DNA of 64,000 bases from Candidatus Poribacteria bacterium (GCA_965242965.1 OZ251518.1:5536001-5600000), one strand, 5' to 3'. Positions 39,291 through 49,270 are shown, counted from the stretch's first letter. Made by a program: numbers and translations. Notes: generated by a model from the sequence alone, not told the origin.

Positions 39291-39292
39291 CC

Positions 39293-39762
39293 ATGATACG
39301 CACATTTGGCTATAAACTCAAACCGACAAAGACGCAAGTGCTTTGGTTTGAGGATATCTTGGAACGCCTTCGGCAACTCCAGAATTCCGCACTGAACGGG
39401 CGAAAAGCCGTTTATGAGACTGAAGGACGCACACTTGGATTCAGTGAGCAGTGTCAGGAACTCACGGCGGCACGTCGTCAGGATACCTACTATCGGAAAG
39501 TGCCTGCACAATTCCAATAAAGCGTGTTGAAGCGTGTGGACAAATCGTTCAAAGGCTTCTTCCGGCGGGTGCGTGTGGGTGAAACGCATGGGTATCCTCG
39601 ATTTCGGAGTCGCAACCGTTCTTTCACGTGGAGTCTCCTCAAGGATAAGCATGGAAACCGCCAGCAACCTATACGGGATACGGACATCCGTTATGCTCGG
39701 TTGAAAGTGCCGAAGCTGGACGAGGTGAAGGTGCGGTTGTCTCGTCCATTGCAAGGTGACCC
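39293..39762 (+). pseudogene. tnpB: TnpB (IS605 OrfB) N-terminal remnant
   Basis: RTFGYKLKPTKTQ, LKRVDKSFKGFFRR..GYPRFRS, LKVPKL..VKVRLSRPLQG; TAA at 39518-39520; RuvC and Zn-finger half absent. Confidence 0.85.
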
Positions 39763-39882
39763 GGCCGCCGAGAGAAACAACGAGATAACAAGCGAGGAGG
39801 TGTACGATTGTATTTGTGCCATCGACGACTTGAAAGACGACCTGGCCGAGATCGACGCAGCACTCGCGACAATGCCCGATCT

Positions 39883-40293
39883 GTGCTGGTCGCACTCTTG
39901 CTAGCCGGGCTACTGGTGGGATGCAGTGCGACACAACGTAATCATGTCGCCCCCGAACCGACACAGGCGCAAGAGATCCTGGTAGTTAAACCTACCAGCG
40001 AGTTCTTCCCGCCAGGATCGTGGATAAGCCCAGAAGAGTTTGCCCGTTTGAATGGTAAACAAGCACTGGTATCTGGCAGAATTATTGATACCATGTTTGA
40101 GGAATTACCAGGCGTTGACACACATCTCTATCTGCGTCTTGGTGACAAGAAAGTTCAGTGCAAGATGTCACAAAGATTAGCAGCGCATGTTGTACGCAAA
40201 CTGGAACGGGAGGGCACCGAGATAACAATTCAAGGTCGTCTAGCAACTTTTACTGAAAATCATTTGTATATGAACGGCTGCCGATTGAAATAA
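39883..40293 (+). CDS. Putative lipoprotein with OB-fold-like domain
   Basis: LLLAGLLVGC lipobox; GKQALVSGRI...ITIQGRL...MNGC pattern; start uncertain. Confidence 0.5.
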   Translation: MLVALLLAGLLVGCSATQRNHVAPEPTQAQEILVVKPTSEFFPPGSWISPEEFARLNGKQALVSGRIIDTMFEELPGVDTHLYLRLGDKKVQCKMSQRLAAHVVRKLEREGTEITIQGRLATFTENHLYMNGCRLK

Positions 40294-40587
40294 CTAACGG
40301 CGGGTCGGCGCGGTCGGGCCCGCACTACCATTGGAGAGGCGAAATAGGTTGCGCGACGATCCTCGCTAGTACGCGAGGCGTATGCGCCGTGTGGCGGTTG
40401 TCAATGCCGATGTGGCATCAGATACTGTCCGTGATGCCCATCAGCGTTTTTTTTCGGGAGGGGTATGCCCGCTGTCATTTTTGGTGGCGGTATGCGGGGT
40501 TTCGGGGAAGAGCAGGTCGAAATCTCATGAATTCTTATGAAATTATATGATTTTTAGGATAAAATCGTAAAAAGTCGTATATTTCAC

Positions 40588-40616
40588 TTGACTTTGCCCC
40601 CGAAATATCATATACT
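40588..40616 (+). promoter_or_regulatory. sigma70-type promoter
   Basis: TTGACT-N17-TATACT. Confidence 0.7.
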
Positions 40617-40706
40617 TACAGTAGACTACGGCGGGCTGATCGTCCGCATAACAGCAAACGGTGGGTGCACGACAGACCCGCATTCTCAAATAGGAGGAAT
40701 TTGGTT

Positions 40707-41432
40707 GTGAATAAAGAACGTGATCCACGTGATCCAATCAAGACCGACATACAGATGGTAACACACAGGAAGTCATCGTGTTGTAAAGTCGATATGGTCG
40801 ATATAACTTTTGGCGGCGGTTTGACGGTGAATGCAACGCTCACGCCTATAGACAATATACTCTATGTAGCGTCTACAGGGACTATGCATAATTTGTGGAT
40901 TCTGCGGCAGGACGAGTTGCGTGCGTTTGGTATCGAGGTGCAGATGCCAATGGACAAACTGGTCTGGGATGGCATTGCACGCGAGCGTGACGAAGACGGC
41001 GAGATACTCCCGCATCAAGTCGCCAACATGTCGTGGTCAACAACTAAGGATTTCCTAGCATATGTCGGCAAACCTGTTATAGGGCGTGTTGACGAAAACG
41101 AGTACGGTATGGGACAACTCACCGCGATTGATGGCAACACTGCTAGCGTTGCGCGCGCGGATGAGAGTTCGTTCCAAACCACGCTCGATCACTTGTATGT
41201 GATGCAGCCCCTCTGCGATACCTATAAACGTGAATGGCAGAAGACACAAGTGCTCTACAAGATTCCGAAACGCGGACGCGGCGTGAGAACCTACGACGAA
41301 CTCTGCAAACTCCTTGCAGAGGAAATGACGCGCGCGGAACTGAATATCGCGCTTGTCGCATTGTTGGAAGAAGGTGTAATCGCACGGGACATCGATGGCT
41401 ATGATCATAACTACACCAGGATTGAGGCGTAG
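40707..41432 (+). CDS. Hypothetical protein, possible C-terminal winged helix
   Basis: AGGAGG RBS before GTG 40707; TYDELCKLL..AELNIALVALLEEGVI. Confidence 0.6.
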   Translation: MNKERDPRDPIKTDIQMVTHRKSSCCKVDMVDITFGGGLTVNATLTPIDNILYVASTGTMHNLWILRQDELRAFGIEVQMPMDKLVWDGIARERDEDGEILPHQVANMSWSTTKDFLAYVGKPVIGRVDENEYGMGQLTAIDGNTASVARADESSFQTTLDHLYVMQPLCDTYKREWQKTQVLYKIPKRGRGVRTYDELCKLLAEEMTRAELNIALVALLEEGVIARDIDGYDHNYTRIEA

Positions 41433-41459
41433 TCACTAACGCCGGCGGGTCGGCATAGC

Positions 41460-41840
41460 TCGGCCCGCGCTACGATGAAAAAAACGCTTCCCCTTCACGT
41501 AGGGCGAGGGCCTGTCCCTCGCCATGCGTCTTGGTGTCAGACCGCCTCACCCCTGTAGGTCAGGCTCGCCTGATCCTGCCCGTTTGTGATCAGGCGAGCA
41601 CAAACTACAGCGGGGGAAACACACATCGGGACGATGGAGTTCGCGCAATCCAACGCTCGCGGGGGACAGGCCCCCGCGCTACGATGAAGGGGGATTTCTA
41701 CCACCCTATTGCATCGAGACCGGGAGGTCTCTCCTACGGGGAGCCATCGAGACCAGGAGGTCTCTCCTACAAGAAATCATCGAGACCCCGGTGACTGTAG
41801 TTCGGGATCGCCTGATCCCGAAGAGGCGGTCTCGCCTACG
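41460..41840. repeat. REP cluster (A, B, C)
   Basis: GTAG palindromes of three families. Confidence 0.85.
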
Positions 41841-41851
41841 AAGGAGGAAAC

Positions 41852-42655
41852 ATGTTAAACACCATCACCATTTGTATCATCGCCACCGGCGTGTTGCTCG
41901 CCGCGAACGCGAATGCTGACACGATAAAGGCTGAACTCGAAAATTCACCGCGCCACGGCGAGTGGGTAAAAATCACTGCCGCCGATGGACATGTCGTCAA
42001 CACGTTCGTTGTCTATCCGGAGGTAAAGGATTCAGCAACCGCCATCATCGTCATCCACGAAATTTTTGGGTTAACGGATTGGATTCGGCTTGTTGCTGAC
42101 AGACTCGCCGCCGAAGGGTTTGTCGCGCTTTGCCCAGACTTGCTTTCGGGGATGGGCCCTGATGGCGGCGGGACAGACAGTTTCGCCTCTGGCGACGATG
42201 TCCGACGCACAATCCGAGAGCTCTCCGACGAAAGGGTTCATACAGATTTGGATGCAGTGCAGAAATATGCGCGCGGCTTACCTTCAACTAACGAGAAAGT
42301 CGCCGTTTCTGGATTCTGCTGGGGCGGCAAACAGACTTTCAGTTATGCTGTCCATTCCGATGAAGTCGCCAGTTCTTTCGTCTTCTACGGCTCCGCACCG
42401 CCAGTGGCAGATGTGCCGAAAGTGTCCGCGCCTGTCTACGGGTTTTACGGTGAGAGTGACAACCGCATCAACGCTACTATTGATGAAACCAAAGCGGCGG
42501 CGGATGCTGCAGAGGTTAAGTATGAGCCGGTGATTTATGAGGGAGTCGGCCACGCTTTCCTGAGACGCGGCATGGCGGAAGATGCCAACGATGCCCAGAA
42601 AACTGCAGTGAAAGCGGCGTGGGAACGATGGGTTTCGTTGCTGCAGGGGTTATAG
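41852..42655 (+). CDS. Secreted dienelactone hydrolase family protein
   Basis: HEIFGL, GFCWGG, GHAF; signal peptide. Confidence 0.9.
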   Translation: MLNTITICIIATGVLLAANANADTIKAELENSPRHGEWVKITAADGHVVNTFVVYPEVKDSATAIIVIHEIFGLTDWIRLVADRLAAEGFVALCPDLLSGMGPDGGGTDSFASGDDVRRTIRELSDERVHTDLDAVQKYARGLPSTNEKVAVSGFCWGGKQTFSYAVHSDEVASSFVFYGSAPPVADVPKVSAPVYGFYGESDNRINATIDETKAAADAAEVKYEPVIYEGVGHAFLRRGMAEDANDAQKTAVKAAWERWVSLLQGL

Positions 42656-42666
42656 GTTTCTTTTCT

Positions 42667-43431
42667 ATGGCAAACCGATTAACAAACAAAATCGCGATTA
42701 TTACGGGTGCTGCGCGCGGCATCGGCGCGAAAAGCGCGCAACTTTTCGCGCAAGAAGGATCCGCCGTTGCCATCTGGGATCTGAACGTTGAACGTGGACA
42801 AGCCACCGTAGCCGAAATTCAGACCGAAGGCGGCACGGCGATGTTCTGTCAATGTGACGTAACCGACTCAGCGCAAATTAAAAACGCCGCTGCCGAAGTA
42901 GTCAAGACATTTGGCACACCCAATGTTCTCTTTAACAACGCTGGCATCGCTGTTGTCGGTGAGTTGGAAGAGATTTCTGAGTCAGACTGGGACAGGCAAT
43001 ACGCTGTCAATGTGAAGAGCATCTATCTCGTCTCGCGTGCGATAATTCCGCTGATGCGAGAGGCTGGCGGTGGTTCGATTATCAACATGGCGAGTGAATC
43101 GGCGTTCGTTGGGTTCCCGATGCATCCGGCGTATACTTCCTCGAAAGCCGCTGTGGTGCATCTCACGCGCAGCATGGCGGTGCGGTATGCCGCTGACAAC
43201 ATCCGCGTCAACAGCCTGTGCCCCGGCACCATTAACACCGAACTCTATCAAGAATTCTTGGCGCAGCAGGCAGACCCGGGTGCGATAAACCGCGAGATTG
43301 AGGCGATGCATCCCTTGGGTATCGGGGAGCCGATGGACATCGCCTGGGCGGCGGTGTATCTTGCATCCGATGAGTCAAGATACATGACTGGGGCACCAAT
43401 GCTCGTTGAAGGTGGGATTTTGTCGCGCTGA
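42667..43431 (+). CDS. SDR family oxidoreductase
   Basis: TGAARGIG, NNAG, YTSSK. Confidence 0.92.
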   Translation: MANRLTNKIAIITGAARGIGAKSAQLFAQEGSAVAIWDLNVERGQATVAEIQTEGGTAMFCQCDVTDSAQIKNAAAEVVKTFGTPNVLFNNAGIAVVGELEEISESDWDRQYAVNVKSIYLVSRAIIPLMREAGGGSIINMASESAFVGFPMHPAYTSSKAAVVHLTRSMAVRYAADNIRVNSLCPGTINTELYQEFLAQQADPGAINREIEAMHPLGIGEPMDIAWAAVYLASDESRYMTGAPMLVEGGILSR

Positions 43432-43449
43432 AAAATAAGGAGTGAAATT

Positions 43450-43644
43450 ATGTTTTTTATCGTATTGCTCGTTTTCGTAATCGTTGTTTTCCTCATCGTC
43501 GCTTTAGTGAGAAATAGCCGCAACCGGTCTTCTCGTAAGCGTCGTGATTCCGATTCATCTGGGGGTGGATTCTACGATGATGGTGGCGGTTGGTTTGATG
43601 GTGGCGGTGGCGATGGTGGCGGCGATGGCGGTGGAGCCGATTAG
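43450..43644 (+). CDS. Small membrane protein with Gly/Asp-rich tail
   Basis: AAGGAG RBS, single TM helix, DGGG repeats. Confidence 0.65.
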   Translation: MFFIVLLVFVIVVFLIVALVRNSRNRSSRKRRDSDSSGGGFYDDGGGWFDGGGGDGGGDGGGAD

Positions 43645-43646
43645 GT

Positions 43647-43940
43647 GAGGGTGTTTCGTAAATCGCTCAACGTCGCGGGGACAGGCCCCGCGCTACGGTG
43701 AAAAAAACGCCGCCCCTTCACGTAGGGCTTGGGCTCTCGCATGCCATACACGCCTGCGAGCGGGTTCCCCTCGCTATGCGTTTTGCTGTCAGACCGCATC
43801 CCCCTGTAGGTCAGGATCGCCTGATCCTGACCTGTTCGGGAGCGGGCGCTCCCGAACTACAGAGTTGGGCCCGATGCCTTTCGGTATTCGCCCTCCCCCA
43901 AGGGGGAATAAATACCGAAACGGAGTTATGAAACACCCGC
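43647..43940. mobile_element. MITE, second copy (inverted relative to 21532-21928)
   Basis: GAGGGTGTTTCGTAAATCGCTCAACGTCGC ... CCGAAACGGAGTTATGAAACACCC. Confidence 0.75.
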
Positions 43941-43944
43941 GTTT

Positions 43945-44574
43945 TTACTCTGGCGGCTGATACCCCGCCTCAATGAGCATTCCGAAATACTGCTCCCATG
44001 CCTGGTCTAAAATTTCCGGGTTCTCCTCCACGAGTTCTGCGACCTTGGGTGTTAATTGGCTACGCAGCGAGTTCCGAGTCTCCTCCAAAAAGTTGCGCTG
44101 TTCTTGCGGAGACAGCGAGTTGAGATGTTCTAAAATGATAGGCACGGATGCCTCCAGCGACTGCTGTGCCTCCTCTAACAAGGCATCGCCGCCTGCTAAC
44201 GCCTTTTCTGCCGCCTCCATTTCCGCTTTCACCTCGGGTGGTTCTGCCTCTGTAAACCCGGTCTGTCCCGAGTCACTGTCGGTAGCAACCGAATCTTCGG
44301 GGTTTGCGTTGGTGTTATCGCCTTCGGAGCCACTCAGTTCTGAATCGGAAAACATGTCTGTGGTTTCCATATCAGTGAGTGTTTCTCCGGCTGAATCCAT
44401 CTGAAGTTCAGAATCTGCAGACGTTTTCTCCTTTTGGGTATCGGATTTGGCAGGCGTTGCACTGTAGGTTTTCGTCGGCGGGGCATCCGTTTTTTCCCGA
44501 AGGAAGAAGTGGTATACGCCGAATGCGACTAGCAGTAAAGCCAACGCTGAAAACACGTAGATGCTCCGGTTCAT
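43945..44574 (-). CDS. Membrane-anchored acidic hypothetical protein
   Basis: AAAGGAG RBS, N-terminal TM helix, S/D/E-rich linker, helical C-terminus. Confidence 0.7.
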   Translation of the reverse strand: MNRSIYVFSALALLLVAFGVYHFFLREKTDAPPTKTYSATPAKSDTQKEKTSADSELQMDSAGETLTDMETTDMFSDSELSGSEGDNTNANPEDSVATDSDSGQTGFTEAEPPEVKAEMEAAEKALAGGDALLEEAQQSLEASVPIILEHLNSLSPQEQRNFLEETRNSLRSQLTPKVAELVEENPEILDQAWEQYFGMLIEAGYQPPE

Positions 44575-44779
44575 AAATGGCTCCTTTCTCAAGAATTGAG
44601 CGGGACACTTATCTGTGTTCCAGCGCAGAGCTGCAGGTGCTGGAGAGGTGTCCCGCGGCACGGTAAAGTTTCGGTGGCCGCAGGGCTTGCTGTCCCTGGG
44701 CCTGATAGCTATACGGCATGGGGCGAGGGATACCCCTCGCCCCACTGCGATTCGCGGCGGCGTGTGCCGCCGGGTGTTA

Positions 44780-45175
44780 TTAGTTGTCACCGAAGTCGAT
44801 CGAATCGATGCACGCCGAGCGTGCGGCGACAGCGGCTCTGGCTTCGGCGAGGCGTTGCTGCGCTACCGCCTTAGCCGCAGCTAAATTGAATGAGGCAGCG
44901 AAGATAAAATGCAGCCGCAACAAAGAAGTTGAGGCTATTGCGGCATCGAGGTCGTCCTGTGCGTCCTCAACCGCTTCAACTGCATCCACGTATGCGTTGA
45001 CAGCGGCTACCATGGCATCGGCAGGGCAGTTTTGGTTGATGAGCCGGGTCCTCTCGGCGGCTCTCCGTTGCGCTTCTTGTAGATTGAAGCCTTGCGCGAA
45101 CGCGGCAGTGGCAGTGAACGCCATTGCGCACAGCACGGTAAGGCTGAGTAAACTTAGCATCTGTCTGTTTTTCAT
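44780..45175 (-). CDS. Small secreted Ala-rich helical protein, paralog 2
   Basis: GAGGAG RBS, Sec signal ending AFA, two Cys in the mature part. Confidence 0.75.
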   Translation of the reverse strand: MKNRQMLSLLSLTVLCAMAFTATAAFAQGFNLQEAQRRAAERTRLINQNCPADAMVAAVNAYVDAVEAVEDAQDDLDAAIASTSLLRLHFIFAASFNLAAAKAVAQQRLAEARAAVAARSACIDSIDFGDN

Positions 45176-45244
45176 TTTCGTTTCTCCTCTTTGCCTGCCT
45201 TCATCGAGGCAGGCAGGTTTCATTGCGGCGCGTGCCGCCGGGTG

Positions 45245-45643
45245 TTATTGTCTGTCAACGATGCCGATCGATGTTAAGCACGCCGAGCGTGCGGCAACGG
45301 CGGCTCTGGCTTCGGCGAGGCGTTGCTTCGCTACCGCCTTAGCCGCAGCTAAATTGATTGCGGCAGCGATGACAAAATGCAGTCTCAACAAAGAAGTTGA
45401 GGCTACTGCGGCATCGTAATCGTCCTGTGCGTCCTCAACCGCTTCAGCTGCATCCACGTATGCGTTGACAGCGGCTCTCATGGCATCGGCAGGGCAGTGT
45501 TGATTGGCGAGCCGGGTCCTCTCGGCGGCTCTCCGTTGCGCTTCTTGTAGATTGAAGCCTTGCGCGAACGCGGCAGTGGCAGTGAACGCCATTGCACATA
45601 GCACGGTAAGGCTGAGTAGACTGAGCATCTGTCTGTTTTTCAT
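45245..45643 (-). CDS. Small secreted Ala-rich helical protein, paralog 1
   Basis: Near-identical to 44780-45175 including the upstream hairpin and RBS. Confidence 0.75.
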   Translation of the reverse strand: MKNRQMLSLLSLTVLCAMAFTATAAFAQGFNLQEAQRRAAERTRLANQHCPADAMRAAVNAYVDAAEAVEDAQDDYDAAVASTSLLRLHFVIAAAINLAAAKAVAKQRLAEARAAVAARSACLTSIGIVDRQ

Positions 45644-45765
45644 TTGGATTTCTCCTCTTTGCCTGCCTTCATTGAGGCAGGCAGGTTTCGTTCCTTCTTT
45701 TTTTTTCGGCGGATGAGAGCCGCACGGAAGGTGCGGGGTGGTATTCTCATCCAGCAAGTTGCTAT

Positions 45766-45794
45766 AGGATACCACAAAAACATCAATGCGTCAA
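45766..45794 (-). promoter_or_regulatory. sigma70-type promoter
   Basis: TTGACG-N17-TATCCT with TG extension. Confidence 0.55.
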
Positions 45795-45840
45795 ATCCAA
45801 ATGCGGGACGCATCAGATGAATGTGATTTTACTTACTTAC

Positions 45841-45867
45841 TTAAACACCTAAGTTAGGAAAAGGTTC
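45841..45867 (-). promoter_or_regulatory. Candidate ECF-type promoter
   Basis: GAACCT-N16-TTTAA. Confidence 0.4.
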
Positions 45868-45939
45868 CCAAAAAACACATTTTTTTTGTAATTCTCGGGA
45901 AGATGCGGAAATTCCAAGGGATTTTTCTGCTTTCTCCTC

Positions 45940-46152
45940 AGATCGCGGGGGACAGGCCCCCGCGCTACGGGACTAGGAACGTCACCTTTCACCGTAGGGC
46001 GAGGGCCCTCGGATGCCACACGCGCATCCGAGCGGGTTTCCCTCGCCATGCACCGATCGCGGGGGACAGGCCCCCGCGCTACGGGCCGTGGGGCGTTTAT
46101 CGCGGGGGACAGGCACATCGTTCGCATCGAGACCGGGAGGTCTCTCCTACGC
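45940..46152. repeat. REP cluster (A, nested-A, B)
   Basis: Includes GGGCCCTCGGATGCCACACGCGCATCCGAGCGGGTTTCCC nested hairpin. Confidence 0.85.
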
Positions 46153-46176
46153 CGTGAGGCGTTTTACGGGTAAAAC

Positions 46177-47112
46177 TTACAACGCGTGGTCTTCCGGACG
46201 GACACCTTTTTTGAAAGTGCCGAAGCCGAAGAATGTTGGCGAATAATCGCCCACGTAATCCACGACGCTTTTTTCGGGGATTGCGTCTTCCATCTCCATA
46301 CCCCAATAGCAGGCATTGACGAGGAGACGACGAAGTCCCTCACTCTCCAGATCGACAGACGCGCCCATCGTCGTATTGAAGATGCGTGAGGTATTGCCAT
46401 CGTCACCGGTGTAGGTTTTAATCCACGCCATCGGCATCGTGACGGTATCCGGTTTTGGTGCATCGGTGGACTCCATGCCGACTAGCACCTGTCCGTGAAC
46501 CAGGACATGCGCGTCACCGGTTAAATCGTTAATACCGTAGACATCGGAAGGCCCCCAGATATCGTCAACACCGGTAAGGATAGGGTGTTCCTTCATCGCG
46601 TCGTCAATGATGCCGCGCGCGCTCTCTTTGCCGTGGTGGCCGTGATGATTCACCCACGTTTCGCCGAGGACCTGTCTGCCGTAGCCGCCCTCAAACGCCT
46701 CGCTGTTATGGCTATATTTGGCGTAGGGACTATTGAGGTTTCGGCTGTAACTGAAGGCGTGCGTCGCCGTGCGGAGTCCCGCGACCGGTTTCCCCGCGTT
46801 CGTATAATCCACGATATGCTTCATCTGTTCATCGGGCAGTTCGCGGAAACGGGTGAACAGCACCATCATATCCGCCGAATCGAGGTGATGGAGCCCCGGA
46901 ATGTTAGTCTGCACCTCCGGATCGATCTCGCCGGTTTCCGGGTGAATAGCGAACAGCACGGTGCATCGGAATCCGTGGTGCGTGGCGAGGATTTTTCCGA
47001 GCATCGGCAGTGCTTCTTCGGAACGATACTCCTCATCGCCGCTGACGAGGACAATATGTTTGCCTGTGCCGGGTCCTTCGTTCCCTTCATAAACAACCCA
47101 TTCGTTTTTCAT
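46177..47112 (-). CDS. ThuA-like (class I GATase fold) domain protein
   Basis: SGDEEYRSEE, GLRTATHAF, GETWVNHHG, TTMGAS, RRLLVNACYW. Confidence 0.75.
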   Translation of the reverse strand: MKNEWVVYEGNEGPGTGKHIVLVSGDEEYRSEEALPMLGKILATHHGFRCTVLFAIHPETGEIDPEVQTNIPGLHHLDSADMMVLFTRFRELPDEQMKHIVDYTNAGKPVAGLRTATHAFSYSRNLNSPYAKYSHNSEAFEGGYGRQVLGETWVNHHGHHGKESARGIIDDAMKEHPILTGVDDIWGPSDVYGINDLTGDAHVLVHGQVLVGMESTDAPKPDTVTMPMAWIKTYTGDDGNTSRIFNTTMGASVDLESEGLRRLLVNACYWGMEMEDAIPEKSVVDYVGDYSPTFFGFGTFKKGVRPEDHAL

Positions 47113-47192
47113 CAAATTAAACTCCTGACTGAATAAAATAGTTTCAATTGAGTGTATCACATTCTTTGGATAAAGTCACGTTAAATTAGTCT

Positions 47193-47630
47193 GAGGGTGT
47201 TTCATAATTCGTTGTTGTAAAAATGGTTTCGTGAGACCTCAAACGATTCCGTTTCCCGGTAGGAGAGACCTCCTGGTCTCGATGCAATAGGGCGGCGCGC
47301 ATCCCGGGGCTGCGGCGGCAGAAAGCTCCCCTTCGTCGTAGTACGATAAAAAACGCCATCCCTCACCGTAGGGCGAGGGCCTGTCCCTCGCCATCGTTCT
47401 CGTGCCAGGCCCTGTAGGTCAGGATCGCCTGATCCTGACCCGTTTGTGATCAGGCGATCACAAACTACAGAGTGGGAAACACACATCATGACGATGGAGC
47501 TCGCGGGGGACAGGCCCCCGCGCTACGGGCACATCGAGACCAGGAGGTCTCTCCTACCGGAAGAAATCGAGACAGGGAGGTCTCTCCTACGGGGAGGTTG
47601 CATCGAGATCAGAAGGTCTCTCCTATGCAA
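47193..47630. repeat. MITE-type TIR followed by REP cluster (A, B, C)
   Basis: GAGGGTGTTTCATAA at 47193; TCGAGACC.GGAGGTCTCTCCTAC copies. Confidence 0.8.
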
Positions 47631-47642
47631 AAAGAAAAAAGT

Positions 47643-47672
47643 TTGACACACATATCCGATTTGTGTTAAACT
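47643..47672 (+). promoter_or_regulatory. sigma70-type promoter of the aspartokinase gene
   Basis: TTGACA-N18-TAAACT with TG extension. Confidence 0.55.
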
Positions 47673-47753
47673 CTAACTATATTTTTACGTTGCGGCACGT
47701 CAAAGGGCACGCTGCACACGGTTTGGGCATACTTTTTTATTGGAGGATTTGGA

Positions 47754-49118
47754 TTGTTAAAGGTATCAAAATTTGGCGGGAGCTCCCTTGCGACAGCGGA
47801 GCAGGTCCGCCGAGTCTGCGACATTATCACGGAAGACCCGGGGCGACGCATCATCGTCGTTTCGGCACCTGGAAAACGACACAGCCAAGACATCAAAGTC
47901 ACTGATCTGCTCATTGCGGCAGCGTCGGAACGGCTCATGGGCAAACTCGGCGCGTCCGAATGCGCAGAAGCGATTGAACGTTACCGAAGCATCGCCGCAG
48001 AACTGGAACTACCGGCAGACGCTGTTGACGCGATTGCGCACGATTTAACAGAACGGCTAGAAAACAGCACCGAGAACGCCGATTTATACATGGATACGAT
48101 GAAGGCAGGCGGCGAGGACAACTGCGCCCGGCTCATCGCAGAAGCATTGCAGGCGCGCGGCGTAGAGGCGCACTACGTCAGTCCAAAAGAGGCGGGGCTG
48201 TTGCTCTCCGATGAACCGGGCAACGCGCAAGTTTTGCCTGAGGCATACACCTATTTGCGTGAACTGCGCGAGCGGCCCGGTGTCACCATTTTCCCCGGAT
48301 TCTTCGGGTATGCCAAAGAGGGGCACGTCGTGACGTTCTCGCGTGGCGGTTCGGATATCACCGGCGCGATTCTCGCCAGCGCGGTGCGCGCCGAGGTCTA
48401 CGAAAATTTCACGGACGTTGACTCGGTGTTCGCCGCGAATCCATCGATTGTCGAAAACCCGGCGGCGATTGCGGAACTTACCTACCGTGAGATGCGGGAG
48501 CTCTCTTACGCAGGCTTCTCTGTTTTCCATGATGAGGCACTTGAACCTGTCTATCGCGCGCAGGTGCCGGTGCATATCCAAAATACCAACAACCCGAAGG
48601 CAGCCGGCACGCGCATCGTCCCGACTCGCGCGACGAACGGAGAGTTGCCGGTTGTCGGCATCGCCGCGATAGACAGCGTCTGCTGCGTTTATCTCAGCAA
48701 GTATCTAATGAACCGCCAGATCGGGTTTGGCAGGCGGCTGTTACAGGTCTTGGAGGCGGAGGACATTTCGTTTGAGCATGTGCCGTCTGGGATAGACAAC
48801 ATGTCCGTTATTGTCCGCGAGGAAAGTCTATCGGCGGAGAAAGAGAAGCGGATTGTTGAGCAGATCCGGCAGAGACTCGCGCCTGAAGATGTCTCGGTGG
48901 AACGCGGGTTGTCGCTCATCATGGTTGTCGGCGAAGGCATGCGTCATACTGTCGGGATGGCGGCGCGCGCGAGCGGCGCGTTGGCGGCTGCCGATGTGAA
49001 TATTGAGATGATTAACCAAGGTTCTAACGAAGTGAGCATGATGTTCGGCATCAAATCTGAAGATATGGAAACTGCCGTACGCGCGCTCTATCAGGAATTT
49101 TTTGCGCGAGCCGATTAA
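47754..49118 (+). CDS. lysC: Aspartate kinase
   Basis: KFGGSS, VVSAPG, FSRGGSD, TDVD, two ACT domains; GGAGG RBS with TTG start. Confidence 0.9.
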   Translation: MLKVSKFGGSSLATAEQVRRVCDIITEDPGRRIIVVSAPGKRHSQDIKVTDLLIAAASERLMGKLGASECAEAIERYRSIAAELELPADAVDAIAHDLTERLENSTENADLYMDTMKAGGEDNCARLIAEALQARGVEAHYVSPKEAGLLLSDEPGNAQVLPEAYTYLRELRERPGVTIFPGFFGYAKEGHVVTFSRGGSDITGAILASAVRAEVYENFTDVDSVFAANPSIVENPAAIAELTYREMRELSYAGFSVFHDEALEPVYRAQVPVHIQNTNNPKAAGTRIVPTRATNGELPVVGIAAIDSVCCVYLSKYLMNRQIGFGRRLLQVLEAEDISFEHVPSGIDNMSVIVREESLSAEKEKRIVEQIRQRLAPEDVSVERGLSLIMVVGEGMRHTVGMAARASGALAAADVNIEMINQGSNEVSMMFGIKSEDMETAVRALYQEFFARAD

Positions 49119-49136
49119 TCGAGACGCGGGAGGTGC

Positions 49137-49270
49137 ATCGAGACCGGGAGGTCTCTCCTACGGGTGTTTGGGTAGGCGGGACATCCTTGTCCCGATACGG
49201 AGTATTGCATCGAGACCAGGAGGTCTCTCCTACCCGAAGAAATCGAGACCGGGAGGTCTCTCCTACTACG
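49137..49270. repeat. REP family B triplet
   Basis: TCGAGACC(G/A)GGAGGTCTCTCCTAC x3. Confidence 0.85.

Noticed and set aside
39293-39904. Active TnpB/Cas12f or a nuclease-dead TldR-like regulator
   Set aside because: Internal stop and loss of the whole C-terminal half; no array nearby
40293-41473. Integron attC sites after the island genes
   Set aside because: ACTAAC does not fit RYYYAAC, no matching GTTRRRY was found, and no integrase is present
47673-47753. Lysine riboswitch before the aspartokinase
   Set aside because: The leader of about 75 nt is too short and lacks recognisable L-box motifs
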